The notes under the pieces are model-generated. The model had not been told where the DNA came from. It saw only the letters and a list, made by a program, of their open reading frames with translations, and searched no databases. Made by a program: the position numbers and the translations under genes. This document shows, in pieces, positions 13,601 through 26,250 of a DNA stretch of 64,000 nt; positions within the stretch are counted from its first letter, which is position 1, and every line of letters starts with the position of its first letter. Where the stretch lies: contig NC_086375.1 in assembly GCF_036588685.1 (NCBI RefSeq), forward strand, positions 69,502,001-69,566,000, written 5' to 3'. Origin of the DNA: Mytilus trossulus (lineage: Eukaryota).

Positions 13601-15426
13601 TTGTTAAACTGAACTCATTTTTGTTGAACAAAAGTCACTTTTGTCCGTACAAAATTGAATTTTGAGTACAAAACCACAAGAGTCCCATTCGGCGCCCCGT
13701 ATGTAGTATATGCATTGTTTAATTATAAAAATAAAAATGAATTTTCGGATCATATTCTACAAAATATTAAAATGTCCGAAGTATGTTTTGACGTTTTTCT
13801 TAATATTTTATGTGACTTTTACTGTACAGATTCATTACGAATAAAAAAAAAAAAATAAAAAAAAATGATGTGTAAACTTGTTCTCTTTAGAATAAACGTT
13901 AAAAAATAATTCCTGAGATTTGCGATAAAACGTAAAAAAATATTGGTCTTTATATTTTTACAATCACTTTCTTTTGTTCGTAAAAGTTCAATTATGCGCA
14001 ATCTTTGCATTATTGAATATTCAGTTGTTGTCCATTCGTTTTTGGTGTGTGCTTTTCTTTTGATTTTGCAATGTGATTATGGACTTTCCGATTGGATTTT
14101 CCTCTGTGTTCAGTATTTTTGTGATTTCACTTTTTACACAAACTATTTGTCCTTATCTCCTATCTTCATGTAGTACAAACATTATGTCGAAGTGTTACAA
14201 TGTTATTCCATGATATACAGACACGCTTTATTAAACTGAATAAATTGTTAAAGCTTGGTTGTGGTCTATGGCCATTACAGGGAATTAAACAAAAGCATGT
14301 ATTTACATTCAATGACTTAAATGAATATTTTACTTACCAATATCCAAGGCTGGCTTTGTTATCATTGGATCCATCATCTATACACACAAAAATAAGACAA
14401 AACAATTGAGCTAGTGTTTATAAGGATACCTTGAAGTAGAGCATTGGCATTATTCACGTATCTGGAAACGTTAACGGATTGACGTATACGTATCGGGCAG
14501 ATTTGTGTAGAATAATGTTTTATCCCCGACATAAATTAAAACTCAGTTAAATTTAAATGCATTAACATATCTTTATCGGGACCAAGTTGGCTTTATTTAT
14601 CTTTAAATTTCCTCGTATACGAGATATGGATACGCCAACAAATACGATAATAATGCAAATGCTCTACTATATTTAGTATCATTTGGTTGTATAAGTTTGA
14701 AAAAGAAATTGATCTAAAAACACTCCTTTGTCAGGGACTATATTGATTAAACAAAAAAGGGAACATTGAGGATGAAATATGGAAGTGTTCGACCTCAAAA
14801 TAAATTATACTGTCAGTAACCGACGATATAGAGGTTGCCAATTTAAATATAAAACTTTCATGATCTTCGTTTTTTTCCCTGTGTCAGTAAAAATACCCCC
14901 TTTATCCCGACGGACTCCCTTTGCAGACATATTACAAATGTTTGATTTGCTCTCGTCCTGTGTATGACCAAATATTTAGTAACTACATTAGAGAAATCAA
15001 AAATGATTGATATTCGAAAGAATTTTACCCATGTATGTTACATACCCGTGAAATCATCTTCTGCATATATTCCTGATCTTTGTAGCAGCATATTTTCCCT
15101 CCATCTTCTGTACGGCTGATGCTGTCAAACAAAGTGTCATTAGCTTTGACAGTGGATCCCAAAGAGTTACAAGGTATACAAACACCATTGTTAGAATTTG
15201 TTTTTCCGAACGACACTTCGTTATCTTTTAATGTCTTTTTGTCTTTTTCATAAAGACCTACTTTAAAGATGAGTAAAACCACAAGAACGACCAATAATAT
15301 TACATTCACAATAAAGGATTTTTTTAAATATCCTTTTATTTTTTTTTGTCTATTTGTCCAAATGTTTGTGTCATTGTCGTCTAAGATATTTGTTGTACTT
15401 TCTGTGCGTCGTCTAAGGGAGGACAT
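10608..15426 (-). CDS. TNF-superfamily ligand (type II membrane protein), 4 coding exons: 15046-15426, 14338-14377, 11865-11948, 10608-11008; 301 aa
   Basis: Exon 1 encodes a cytoplasmic N-terminus, a TM helix (FIVNVILLVVLVVLLIF) and a CIPC...CC stalk. Exon 3 encodes KWWSTRHHSIHMYLN. Exon 4 encodes the TNF homology domain: LAW...GTAH, IYFVYSAITF, TSFLCGTFKL and C-terminal NYFGLFKI*. All introns are GT-AG with consistent phases (0,1,1); total 906 nt. Confidence 0.85.
12221..13701. mobile_element. TIR element with internal ~20-bp quasi-palindromic tandem repeats, in TNF intron 2
   Basis: TIR TACGGGGCGCCGAATGGGACTCTTGTGGTTTTGTAC at 12221 and its reverse complement ending at 13701. Flanked by TGTAG at 12216-12220 and 13702-13706. 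The interior is ACAAAA(G/T)TCAATTTTGT-type repeats. Confidence 0.9.
14435..14668. mobile_element. Degenerate MITE in TNF intron 1
   Basis: Imperfect terminal inverted repeats AGTAGAGCATTGGCATTATT ... AATAATGCAAATGCTCTACT. Confidence 0.55.
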
Positions 15427-15986
15427 TGTTAGTCTATCGACGACTATATACTATCCAAATTACTAATTGTTAGTCTGTCAGGAAGTATTTTGAATTGAAC
15501 ACATTAAAATTTTAAAAGGAAATTAAAACTTATATGCCAATAAAATAAACACTTCCTTGATACTCATAAAACAATGAAGTCATTTCCACATCTGAACTGA
15601 CTAAATGTATTATGTGTAAAATCCTGTTTTATTCAAACTAACAATGCACCAAACCGGTGGATGACCTCAAAAAGTACTTGGAAATCCACAAACTGTGACA
15701 GCCTACATCTTGTCGTTGCGTTTTCATGTTCCCTTCGACTGGTGGGTTCCGAATTTCTTCTTGGTGTCTTCTTTTAGTGTGTGTAAAATATATGTCTTTT
15801 CCAGATTTTGAAACGTGTCCATATTTCAGACGACTCTTGACAGTCCAAGATTTGCAATTATTCTTTCAAAAGGAGAAGAGCATGCAGATAAACAGAACAG
15901 TGACCATTATGTTTCAATTATATTTCCCCAGTAAATCTCCCTGAGGCCTCACCGTCTTAACCCAATATGTAGAAACTCATCTCTTA

Positions 15987-17111
15987 AGCTGGGGGCACAC
16001 ATTCACGATTTTTACTACCGTTCTCGACAGGAACATTCCCGATTAAAATTTATCAAAAGTCTGATCAAGATCCTGTGAATCGTGGATGGAAATTCAAACT
16101 TAAATCAAAATTTGTAAAGCTGGAGTCACACATTCACGATTTTTACCGCCGTCCTTGACAGGACCGTTCCCGATTGAAATTTATTAAAAGTCTGATCAAG
16201 ATCCTATGAATCGTGGATGGAAATTCAAACTTAAATTAAAATTTGTAAAAAAAAATATTTAATCACGACAACAATCAGCTATTGTACAGATAGCGTCGAT
16301 ATTCAACCGTTTCCAAGCGAATTTATCCCGATAATCTTGTTCTAAATCCGTTTCTAATCCGATTTGTATCTTTCGCCAGGTAAAATTCGACCGAGTCTGT
16401 CACGACTGCGTCCCGATTCTACCGAATGTAATCCGACAGAGATCAGATAGTGACAAGAGAGTGAACCGACGCTGACGGAAGTTATCCGTTCGAAAACTGT
16501 CGGCATACTCGGGATGATCAGGTACTGTCGGAACGTAATCCTATCACGGTCCTCTCTATCGTATTGCAAACGGCTTTGTCTGGTCTCAGTCGTATTGTGT
16601 TCTGTAATTGTCGGGACTCTGACGTGGGTATCATTGACATATTTAGAATTTATAACGGGACGGTTTCGGAACGATTTCGGCAAAAACGGTTCGCAATCGA
16701 CAAGGTCTGGATGCAATCTGGACTCAATCGGCAGAAAAACAGCAATGAAAAATTTCTCCAGATCATTCCCGTTCCACAGGACACCGTCCCGAATACACAG
16801 AACATTGTTAGGAATTCGATCCGATACAGCAGAATCTGTCACGCCATAGGCACCATTGTAATCCGACTAGACAAAATCGGCTGAGTTCCCCCGAATGTTA
16901 CGGGACGCACCTAACTGTCGGGGTGCTTTGCCGAACTATTCGGACCCTTCTTGACCAGTAGGAATCTGTTACGAACTGAAACGACTGCGTTTAGACAATA
17001 ATAGGACATTCCAGATAATTGAGGATACTAATCCGACTTTTTCACTTTTCGTGTCGTATCGTTGTCTGATCTCAAACGGGAGCAATAATCGGCAATGTGT
17101 GAACCCCGCAT
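15987..17111. mobile_element. GC-rich non-autonomous DNA transposon, PIF/Harbinger-like, with ~131-bp tandem duplication of its left end
   Basis: Termini AGCTGGGGGCACACATT / AATGTGTGAACCCCGCAT with TTA/TAG flanks. 15987-16117 is repeated at 16118-16248. The internal ORFs have no recognisable domain. Confidence 0.6.
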
Positions 17112-17350
17112 TAGGCGAGAAGATAATGTTCTCAGCCATTACGGTTTGTTTTGGTGAAAATTTTAATCGCCAGTACAATCAGTATTATTTTGACATTGCA
17201 CAAGGTAATGTTTCTCCTGACTATTTATGACGTTTTATTTTGCTCAATCCGTTAGATGTAAGTTGTAAACTGAAATATGTCTTGGATACATAGCATTTTT
17301 TATAAGCTGTTATTAGCTTTGAAATAGCTGCCAATAACTGAAAATTACAG

Positions 17351-18534
17351 GTGTTCCGAGCTTTCTGTGATTCAAAGTGCTTACTTTCAAAAAACCGAAG
17401 TGTCGGTCCATGTTACTATTCTACATGGACATGCATTGCTAGAATACGATGGTGTTGATAGTTCAGAAGATTTTCCTGAAATTATCACGGAACAATTTTT
17501 TGTTACAAGACCAGACTTAGTTCATGATCAATACTTTGTTCACCAAGTCCGAAATTATATAGAGGAATATTAACAGTCGATTTCATATTCAGTAGAAAAA
17601 AAGCACGAGTTTACAGACGGGTGTGCAGCCCAGTGTAAGAGCAGACACTGTTTCGGAGATATAAGTCAAACAAGCGACGGCTTTGGATATCAACATTTCA
17701 CAAGAAATTTCTTCGAAACTTCCCATGCAAAAGGTATTTATAATAATTAAGTTTATTATCCTCGAACTTACTCCTATAATTGCCTATAAATACAGATGAG
17801 TGTCAGACCGTCTGTCAGTCTCTACGCTAGATATCTTGGACACAGATTTAATGATTTTCTCACGTTTTCGAGTACAATGGAATACATATTATTTAGCTTT
17901 TGATTGAATATTTATGACTTATTTGAGTAAAATGTAAATATTTTAAAAGTGGCCGGGTATTCACATTATCGGTAAACTGTTTTTCTTTCAATCCGTCACG
18001 TTATAGGTTTATGTTTGAAAACATTATTCCAGAAAGTTGTTTTTTTACATGTTTTTTGTTTTATATCTAATTTAAAATAAATGTATTTTGATGCGTCGGA
18101 CTAAATTACACCTGCCACAAAATACGTTGTATCAAAGGAACAGGGCTTTCTGTTCTTCATCTTGGCATTCACTGCATTTCAGGACCACAAGACGCTGCTG
18201 GAGGAATTATTTAAAGACAAGCCGACTGTGTCATTTTACGCGGACAGACTCAGATAAGGACAGCAAAAGATCTCTTAGTACGCGAATTTATTTCTAACAC
18301 AACCGAGGTTAAATTGTAAGAGAAGAATATTCCGATATGCGGAAACGATTCACCGTGACAACAGACTGTCTTTTAAGCCGGTGCCTAGCATTCGATCTCT
18401 TCACCAAGTAAGAGCTAGTCGTGATTCTGCTAAATGATTGATAAATATTAGTGAGTTGTCTTGTTTCTGTATAAACTGTTGTCATCACATGTATGACCAG
18501 TGTTCTAATTCGATAAAAACTGGTGGTTATACTT
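17351..18534 (+). pseudogene. Degenerate DDD transposase, Sola-like (probably Sola2), with an intron at 17734-18182
   Basis: Translates IQSAYF...HDQYFVH...EFTDGCAAQCKSRHCFGD...RNFFETSHAKG | PQDAAGG...RRIFRY...ELSCFCINC...C, with in-frame stops and a frameshift. The superfamily call is from motif recall, not a search. Confidence 0.7.
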
Positions 18535-18642
18535 AATAGTTATCCCACTCGGACTTGGTGTGTCATTGTGAGATCACGCCGATGGCCGGAGGCCAGAGTG
18601 TGATCTAACACTGACACACCAAGTCCGAGTGGGATAACTATT
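18535..18642. repeat. ~108-bp hairpin with a branched GC-rich apex; left end of an inserted element that truncates the Sola relic
   Basis: AATAGTTATCCCACTCGGACTTGGTGTGTCA pairs perfectly with TGACACACCAAGTCCGAGTGGGATAACTATT; the apex contains GGCCGGAGGCC. Confidence 0.85.
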
Positions 18643-20254
18643 TTACATCACAGCTTTACTCCCTGCGGGAACACCTGTGTTTCGTGGTCTATATTACAAC
18701 AAAACGTTCTCGCCTTTTCAATATCGTCTTGTGCACAGTTAAGCGGTTGTACTTGCTGCGTCAGTGGTCTATATTTGTTCGGAAGTAACCGCAAACAATG
18801 TCATTCGAATCACAAAAAAAACCCACATTGAAATGTTTCAGAATGTATTAATGAAATAAAATGCTATACATTTATTAATCAGTATTTATCCCTATAAAGA
18901 AACAGTAGTTATAGAAACCAATAACATATATGAAGATATATACATGTACATGTAGGAAATGCTTTAAAGAGGTAAAAACGAATGGGGGACAATCATGACA
19001 AAAATAAATTCATACGTTCGTTTAACAACAAGCGACTTGGATGAAACGTCAGTAAAAAAGAGTATTTCGACGTTAATGTAACGTCAGGTATTACCAGTAT
19101 CGTGCGTAACGTTATTTTCCTATTTTTTCTACAAGGATGCAAGAGCATTTTTTTTTTTTTTATCAGATAATCAGATATAATAAATAAAAAAATCTACATG
19201 ATTAAATTCATATAAAACAAAATCTTACTGTAAAACAAGCTGGACATTCAGTTCCGTTATCTATGTTCTCTGGAAATTCAGTTCTTAGGAAAAATTTCCT
19301 GAATTCACTGAAAGTCTCCGTCATTAGAGATTTGTAGACGTCTGATACCTAAAAATAACACAAGATTAAAGTTTTTAAACAAAAGTAAAATGATGATTAA
19401 TTTCTATACAAACAACCCTTAATTCAATACTTTCTAATTTTAATCAAAGCTAATCAGTTGTTGTACAGCTGAAATCTACCTGTTCAGGTATTTTTTTTCC
19501 AGTACCGCGACTACCAGACATTGTATAGTCTGTATAGATTGATTGGTTTATTCAAAATTATTTTCTTACATTTTAGTGATTTGCATCTAATTAATTTAGT
19601 CCAAAAGATTAAAATTATAAGAAAGACATTTTTATTTAACATGATTTGATGTAAATTTGAGAATTTTTTTAAATAAAAAATCTATAACAAGGTGTATGAA
19701 CTTAAGCTAGAACATGTGTGCGCATGTGCGAAGATGGAATATTTTATTATGCATCCCTCATTTCTTCAAAAATGATAAAATGATCATTGAAACCTGTATC
19801 TTACATTAATTTTAAATGTTATGTTGAAGTAATAATGTGTAAAGAGCTTCTGCAGTCAGATGAGCTTTGAAGATGTACACAGATTTTACGTATATGTTTC
19901 CTGTCCACGTTTCACCATTGTTAAGTCAAGATCCGGTATTAGTGACATTTTATTAAAAAACGAAAGCAATGTTTTTTACGTCATTTTTTACATCATTTTG
20001 CACAAATAAAGAGTATAAGGCATATATGAGCAAGCTCATGTTCACACACCAAATAATGCACTGCCAATTTAACAGTTTATGTCAGAACATAAATTTGACA
20101 GCAAGTGTCCCTTTAAGATCATCTCATTTACAGTATCATAGAGTAAAAACCGGGACATGTTTAAAAAAAAACCTGAAACCTGCATGTCAAATGCCAGTTT
20201 AGGAAACTTTGTGGTTGACGGCAAATTCTGTACTTCACCAGTGTTACAGCTTCT

Positions 20255-20255
<1 letters not shown>

Positions 20256-20291
<36 letters not shown>

Positions 20292-20530
20292 CTTTATTCA
20301 ATTCTTCAACATATATATACAACAGATATATTACATATTACACAAAAATATCACAAAGCAATGTTTTAAGTATAATCACATATATAATCAGCACAATAAT
20401 TAGAAATTAAATGTTATGACACCTTCGGTTTCTTGTACCAGAATATTATTCTTTAAAAAGTGTTTCTCAAAAACATTTCTCATACATTTTGCATCACACA
20501 AATATTCATACAGGTAAGTTATACAATGTT
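20256..20530 (-). mobile_element. 5'-truncated poly(A) retro-insertion (LINE 3' end or retrocopy) inside a KDZ exon
   Basis: 34-nt T run at 20256-20289, preceded on the minus strand by AATAAA. Exact 12-bp TSD TTACAGCTTCTG at 20244-20255 and 20531-20542. Confidence 0.88.
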
Positions 20531-21164
20531 TTACAGCTTCTGGTTCACATTTGCAAAACTGGATGCTGCGTTTATGCTGTCTTCCTAAAAAGATAAACAA
20601 ATAAGTTTTACTATGCTTATGCATAAATTTCATATAACTAGTATAAATGCTATATTGTGCTGCTACTTATTATTTTTTCAAATAAACATGCCTATTATTT
20701 CAGAAACTAATGCCCTGTTCACACTATCATTTTCCATGTTCAGTAATATAAATGTAAATTACTCGATAACGTAAATTCTAAAATTTATAACAATCAAAAG
20801 GGAGCTAATGTTGGTAGATATAATAGGATTAAAGAAGAACTTCTATGATATGTTTGTGAGTGACTTGATCCAGTTTATACACCAATAAGTTCCTTTAAAA
20901 AGGCGTTTAATCCTTATAATTTTTTTAAATTGGAAATAGGGAATACATATATTTTCACACTCGTTACCTCTATCCCACGTAAATTGTATATTTATGTCAG
21001 TGACTAGTCCTGGGCGCATGAATATATTTGTTAGTTAGTGCAAAAATATGTGCTCAATGAAATTTGCTATCTGGCAAAAAGTAAACTGCAAAAACTCTTA
21101 TAATCATTCAAACAAATGTTTTTGTGTATTATTTTTTAAACCATTTATGTGCGATGAGAATAAC

Positions 21165-21298
21165 ATTTGTCCTCAATGCTCTTCAACTTCGTACTTGTTT
21201 GGCTTTATATATATTTTGATATGAGCGTCACTGATGAGTCTTATGTAGACGAAACGCGCGTCTGGCGTACTAAATTACAATCCTGGTACCTTTGATAA
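21165..21298 (+). ncRNA. Type I hammerhead ribozyme (retrozyme fragment)
   Basis: Core CTGATGA at 21231-21237, stem II GTC/TTATGTA/GAC, GAAA at 21251-21254, short palindromic stem III CGCGCG, GTC cleavage triplet at 21260-21262. Confidence 0.85.
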
Positions 21299-22234
21299 CA
21301 ATAAGAATCAGTGTTATAACTGTTGCAATCTTGTTAACATTGGTTATAAAAAGAATTTAAATTTGGTCTACATTATCTATTCAATAGACTATTGAAAAAT
21401 AACCAACGTCAAGATCGACTACCCGAAGTCCTGATACTAAACCAATCCTAAAAAAGTATTCCCTAATATGCAAATCTTAAAAGAATTGTAATCATTTCAC
21501 CACATTTTTTTGCAAGTTGGTGAAAGCATTCTTCAAATACATTTTATTGTCTAAAAACAGGAAAATAACCCTTTTTAATGAATAAAAACCTAACTCAGCA
21601 ACGTAAAATTTAAATTTATAAATGAAACCAAAAGGGAGCGTCAATAGAAGTAAACAATTCACCAAAGTTTTATGCAAATTAGTCAAAGAATTTTTGAGTT
21701 AAATTGAATGTCTAACATGTTGACGACGGACAGATAACAGTATACCATAATAAGCCCGTAAACAAATCCATGGCAGTATTATACGTTTGTTGATTGTAGC
21801 CATTATATGGTAGAAGCAGAAACTGAAACATTCTGTATTATTAATCCTTGTCTACATTCATTTAACATACCTTTCACATCAATAATAACAATATTCTTAA
21901 AATAATTTGTGTCACAATCACTATTTGATGACAAGATCCAAGACGGTGTTTTCAAGAGGGTCCCAACAAAAGCTTCATTCTGAAATTATAAAAAGATGAG
22001 TTCAATACAAATATGTCATGTTCAGTAAAATTAAGTCAAACCCCTATCGTGGCATTTATGTATTATTCAAAAAGATAACATCATAAAAAACTTGTGAACT
22101 AAGTTAAGTTGAGTTAATGTGTTTTCATTTTCATCGAACAATTAATTTAACCTAAGGAGTATAGACAGTACATGTACGTTGGGCATACAATTTAGTCTTT
22201 AATATAATATATCACATTAACAACAACATAGCAA

Positions 22235-23270
22235 TAAACATAAAATTGAGAATGGAAATGGGGAATGTATCAAAGAGACAACAACCCGACCATAGAAAAA
22301 ACAACAGCAGAAAGTCACCAACAGGTCTTAATGTAAGGAGAAATTCCCGCACCCGGAGGCGTCCTTCAGCTGGCCCCTAACATATATATACTAGTTCAGT
22401 GATAATGAACGCCATACTAATTTCCAAATTGTACACAAGAAACGAAAATTAAAATAATACAAGTCTAACAAAGACCAGACGCTCCTGACTTGGGACAGGC
22501 GCAAAAATGTGGTGGAGTCAAACATGTTTATGAGATCTCATCCCTCCCCCTATACCGCTAGCCAATGTAGAAAAGTAAACGCATAACAATACGTACATTT
22601 AAAATTCAATTCAAGAGAAGTCCGAGACTGATGTCAGGAGATGTAACCAAAGAAAATAAACAAAATGACAATTATACATAAATAATAACAGACTACTAGC
22701 AGTTAACTGACATGCCAGCTCCAGACTTCAATTAAACTGATTGAAAGATTATGATTTCATCATATGAATATCAGGCATAATCCTTCCCGTTAGGGGTTTA
22801 GTATCATACCATCATAACATATATGAGAAGAACATAACCCGTGTCATGCCAACAACTTGTTTTTGAAAAAATGTGTTTAGTTCCGATGCAAAGACCCTAT
22901 AAGTGAATTAATATTAACGCCAAAATATGCAATCTTTAATGACCTGACAACAATATTGTAACTATATCCTTTCTTAATAAGACTATTTAAAGGTTTTGTT
23001 AGTTTCTGCGGTGAATACTGACATTTTTGTGCTTTATAAAGAATATTTCCATAAAAACATTGGATGTGAAATGCCTAAACGTATAAGAAGTCTGCATGTT
23101 GAGCTATATTTACGAATGATGTCCTTATACCGATGATAACATTTAGTAAATGTTTTGACTATTTTGTGATATCGAAAACCCTGGTGTAATAATCTTCTAG
23201 TAATACATAAATTTCTCTCATTTAAATCTAAAAAATTGTTACATACACGAGCGAATCGTACAAGTTGAGA
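22235..23270 (-). mobile_element. 3' part of a Naiad-type Penelope-like retroelement (RT C-terminus + 3' UTR); continuation of 30800-32560
   Basis: The minus strand reads SQLVRFARVCNNFLDLNERNLCITRRLLHQGFRYHK...GSLHRN*, resuming exactly after ...YGVYI at 30800. It is homologous to SQLIRYSRAC...RKLLNQEF of the 26371 ORF. Confidence 0.82.
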
Positions 23271-25450
23271 TACAACCCGTAACAGTGTAGTGATCGAATT
23301 CGCGTTTCTTTACCGTATTAAGAATAAGTTATGTTATCGACAAACTTATTTCAGAAGTGACATAATTTAATTTTCTCCATCGACAAAATATTTCATGTCC
23401 AACGTGTAAGTTTTCATTGTTTAAGTCGAAGTTTTTTTAACACAGTAAAACATGTTTTATAATCAACCTCTGTCATCGGCATTTTCATTTTAACGGTAAA
23501 GGATCAAATACGGGATCTCCGAAATTTCTATAATTTGTTACGAGGAAATCATTATTCAATCGAACATATGTCTTTGTTCATGACGAATATTATGAAATAC
23601 ACAGGAGTTGAAATGATCAAATACTTTCGAACTGACGGAAACAAAAATACATAATTTAGAATGTGTGTTCTGTCATAAACAATGAATGGCTTCGTCGTGC
23701 GAATCGACGAGATCATGTTAAATGTAAATGATCTTAGCTGTAGAAATAGTTGGTGCGACCTCGATAAAATCTTTATCAAGTTAATATAAGCGATAAATAT
23801 TCATGACTACAATGATAATGAATTTATTGGAGTCACATCCACTGTTTCTACTGTAAACATGAACTCGTCAGTGCAATGAAGACACTTTTAAAAATTGAGA
23901 TTGTTGGTTTATTCTTTACACCTTCGAGGTATTACAATTATTTCAGTGTTTATTTAAAGTTAAATTTATTTTCAAATCTCTTCTGTTAAAAAACTGTCTA
24001 AACTTCCGTTTAAGAATTCTGTGGTAAACTATCTATTCTATAGTTAGGACCATTTCATAATAAATACCCTTTTGTACAAGAATACTTTCTTTATATAAGT
24101 ATAATCTGCTGGTTATAGAATTTTTTTTTATAACTTTCATTATTGTGACGACGCGCTATGAAATTCAGATTAATTTATAAATGAAGTTGTATATAAATTT
24201 TTGGTCATAAACACAAATCTTTTAAACAGTTCGACGAGTGCGTCAATGTTACAGTAGTCTGTTTACTGTAACCTACTAAGCTTGGCCCGATTCATCTGTC
24301 ATTTATGGAAACTAATTCACCACTTTCTGAGACATTCATTTCTATTTCACAATCAGACATGGAGTTACATTTGTAACTAAAGGAAAACTCTCAAATTAGA
24401 GAAATTTGACATAATATACTGAAACTTTCTAAAATTTATTAAACGGCTGCTTTTCTTAGATATGAGATTTTTCATGGTCAAACTTTTTCATTGTTGACGG
24501 ACATTTTGAGATTTTTTATTGCAAAAAAATGTTTTTTTTTTTTAAAGAAATCACCATTAATTTTTTTTAACTTCATGAACATGTACAGGAAGCAGAATTA
24601 TTGCACATCTATTGTACTACTTAAAACTGTAATTCGATCTGTTGCGTCCTTAAAATGTTCTGACCGTCCTAAGATTAAATGTACGGAAATGTTTCGGTAA
24701 ATTAAATTCAAATCCGAATTGAATGTTCATAACACAAAAAGAGAAACCAGAATCTCTTGATGACCAAACGTATGTACACGTTGGGGCGATTAAGAGCTTT
24801 TCAGAAGGAGTGAGATTCCACCCTTGTTGAAAGCCTTATGGAGACCTCTAGATTTTTAAATTCCCTCCGTTTTTCACATGGATGGAGTGTGGTCTCTCTG
24901 TAAATTACCCCATATCTTTTTATTTTTCTATTTACCGAAGGTTCCATGTGAAAATTTCCATTGGATCATATCTTTTAAACTAAATGTACAAAACAGGCCC
25001 AAGAAAAGGCGAAATTTCTTTTTCAAACCCTAACTAGAAATCTATTTTTTTCTGATTGAGCACCTTACGTTATCGTCAATGAGTTCAGGCATGTGAAAAT
25101 GAAACCCTGAACAGGCTTTCAGCAATATTTTTTACCTATTTAATATTAAGTAAATATTAGCATGTACATGTATTTGATTAAGTACAGATATAACAAAGAA
25201 ACTGCCCGGTATCCGACGTAAGAGTACACTTTTTACTGCACGCGTAATCGGTAGCGTTCACTAAGAGGACACTTGTACCCAACTACGCGTGAAGTATGAG
25301 TACAGAATCGTCCCATACAGGACATTTTCTATGTTATCATAGTATATTATCCGACATTTAAGAATAGAATCTGGTCAAATTTTGAAGTTGAACATGTGGG
25401 AATTTTTCGTTTTTGCCACGGACCATTTAATACCAGTCCCCCCTTTTGTG

Positions 25451-26250
25451 TTTATGTTCCGGACCATATGAGTATTTGGACCATACGCGTATGGTCATGA
25501 ACATATGGGTATATACTCATATGGTCGGGGTAATTAACACTCTGTTACAGTTTACTTTAAATATTTCTAAACTTTTCATATGGTATTACCGTTAATTAAA
25601 AAGACGCTATCAAATAGATATTCTATTATTATATTAAAGAAAAAAGATAAGCTAAATAAAAACTAGAAGTTCGTTACAAAGTTAATTTTCCTTAATTGTC
25701 AAATTTATAGTAAACACATTTTTTACCGATGGTCATTACCATTACGATTTGTTATAATGAGTGAATATGAGGCAATATGTCGACTAAAAATAATTTCCAT
25801 TTTTTTTTAATGAACTGTTACACAAGAAGTCACTGGAAAGCAACATAGTTTATTTAAGTTGTCCTCTGAATAGTGTGTATTGCAGTCATTTTACGATATT
25901 TTAGATCTAGCGCTTTTCAAAAACACCGTAGACATCAGCATGGCCACAGACCTCGGTATCACTGTACGCATTGATCACTAGCGATGAAACTATATTCAAT
26001 TTTTTCAATTATAAAATCAATTAATTGTCATATAACCATCACTGCTCTTTAGATAAAGTTCTTGTATTATTGAAACGTTCATAATGTTATTAAAACAAAT
26101 ACCTGTATAGTCCAAATACTTATATGGTCCGCCCGTTAATAACCAAACGAGTATTATACTCATATGGGCCGACCATACGCGTACGGTCGGACCATACGCG
26201 TACATTTTGTATGATCGGACCATATGAGTATACGCATATGGTCACGACCA
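25451..26250. mobile_element. MITE-like element with palindromic GGACCATACGCGTATGGTC / CCATATGAGTAT terminal clusters
   Basis: Clusters of these motifs in both orientations at 25455-25530 and 26120-26250. Flanked by a near-identical 19-bp direct repeat (25432-25450, 26247-26265). Confidence 0.7.

Noticed and set aside
16354-16884. Overlapping 106-162 aa ORFs
   Set aside because: Lie in a GC-rich non-autonomous element; no recognisable domain; open in several frames.
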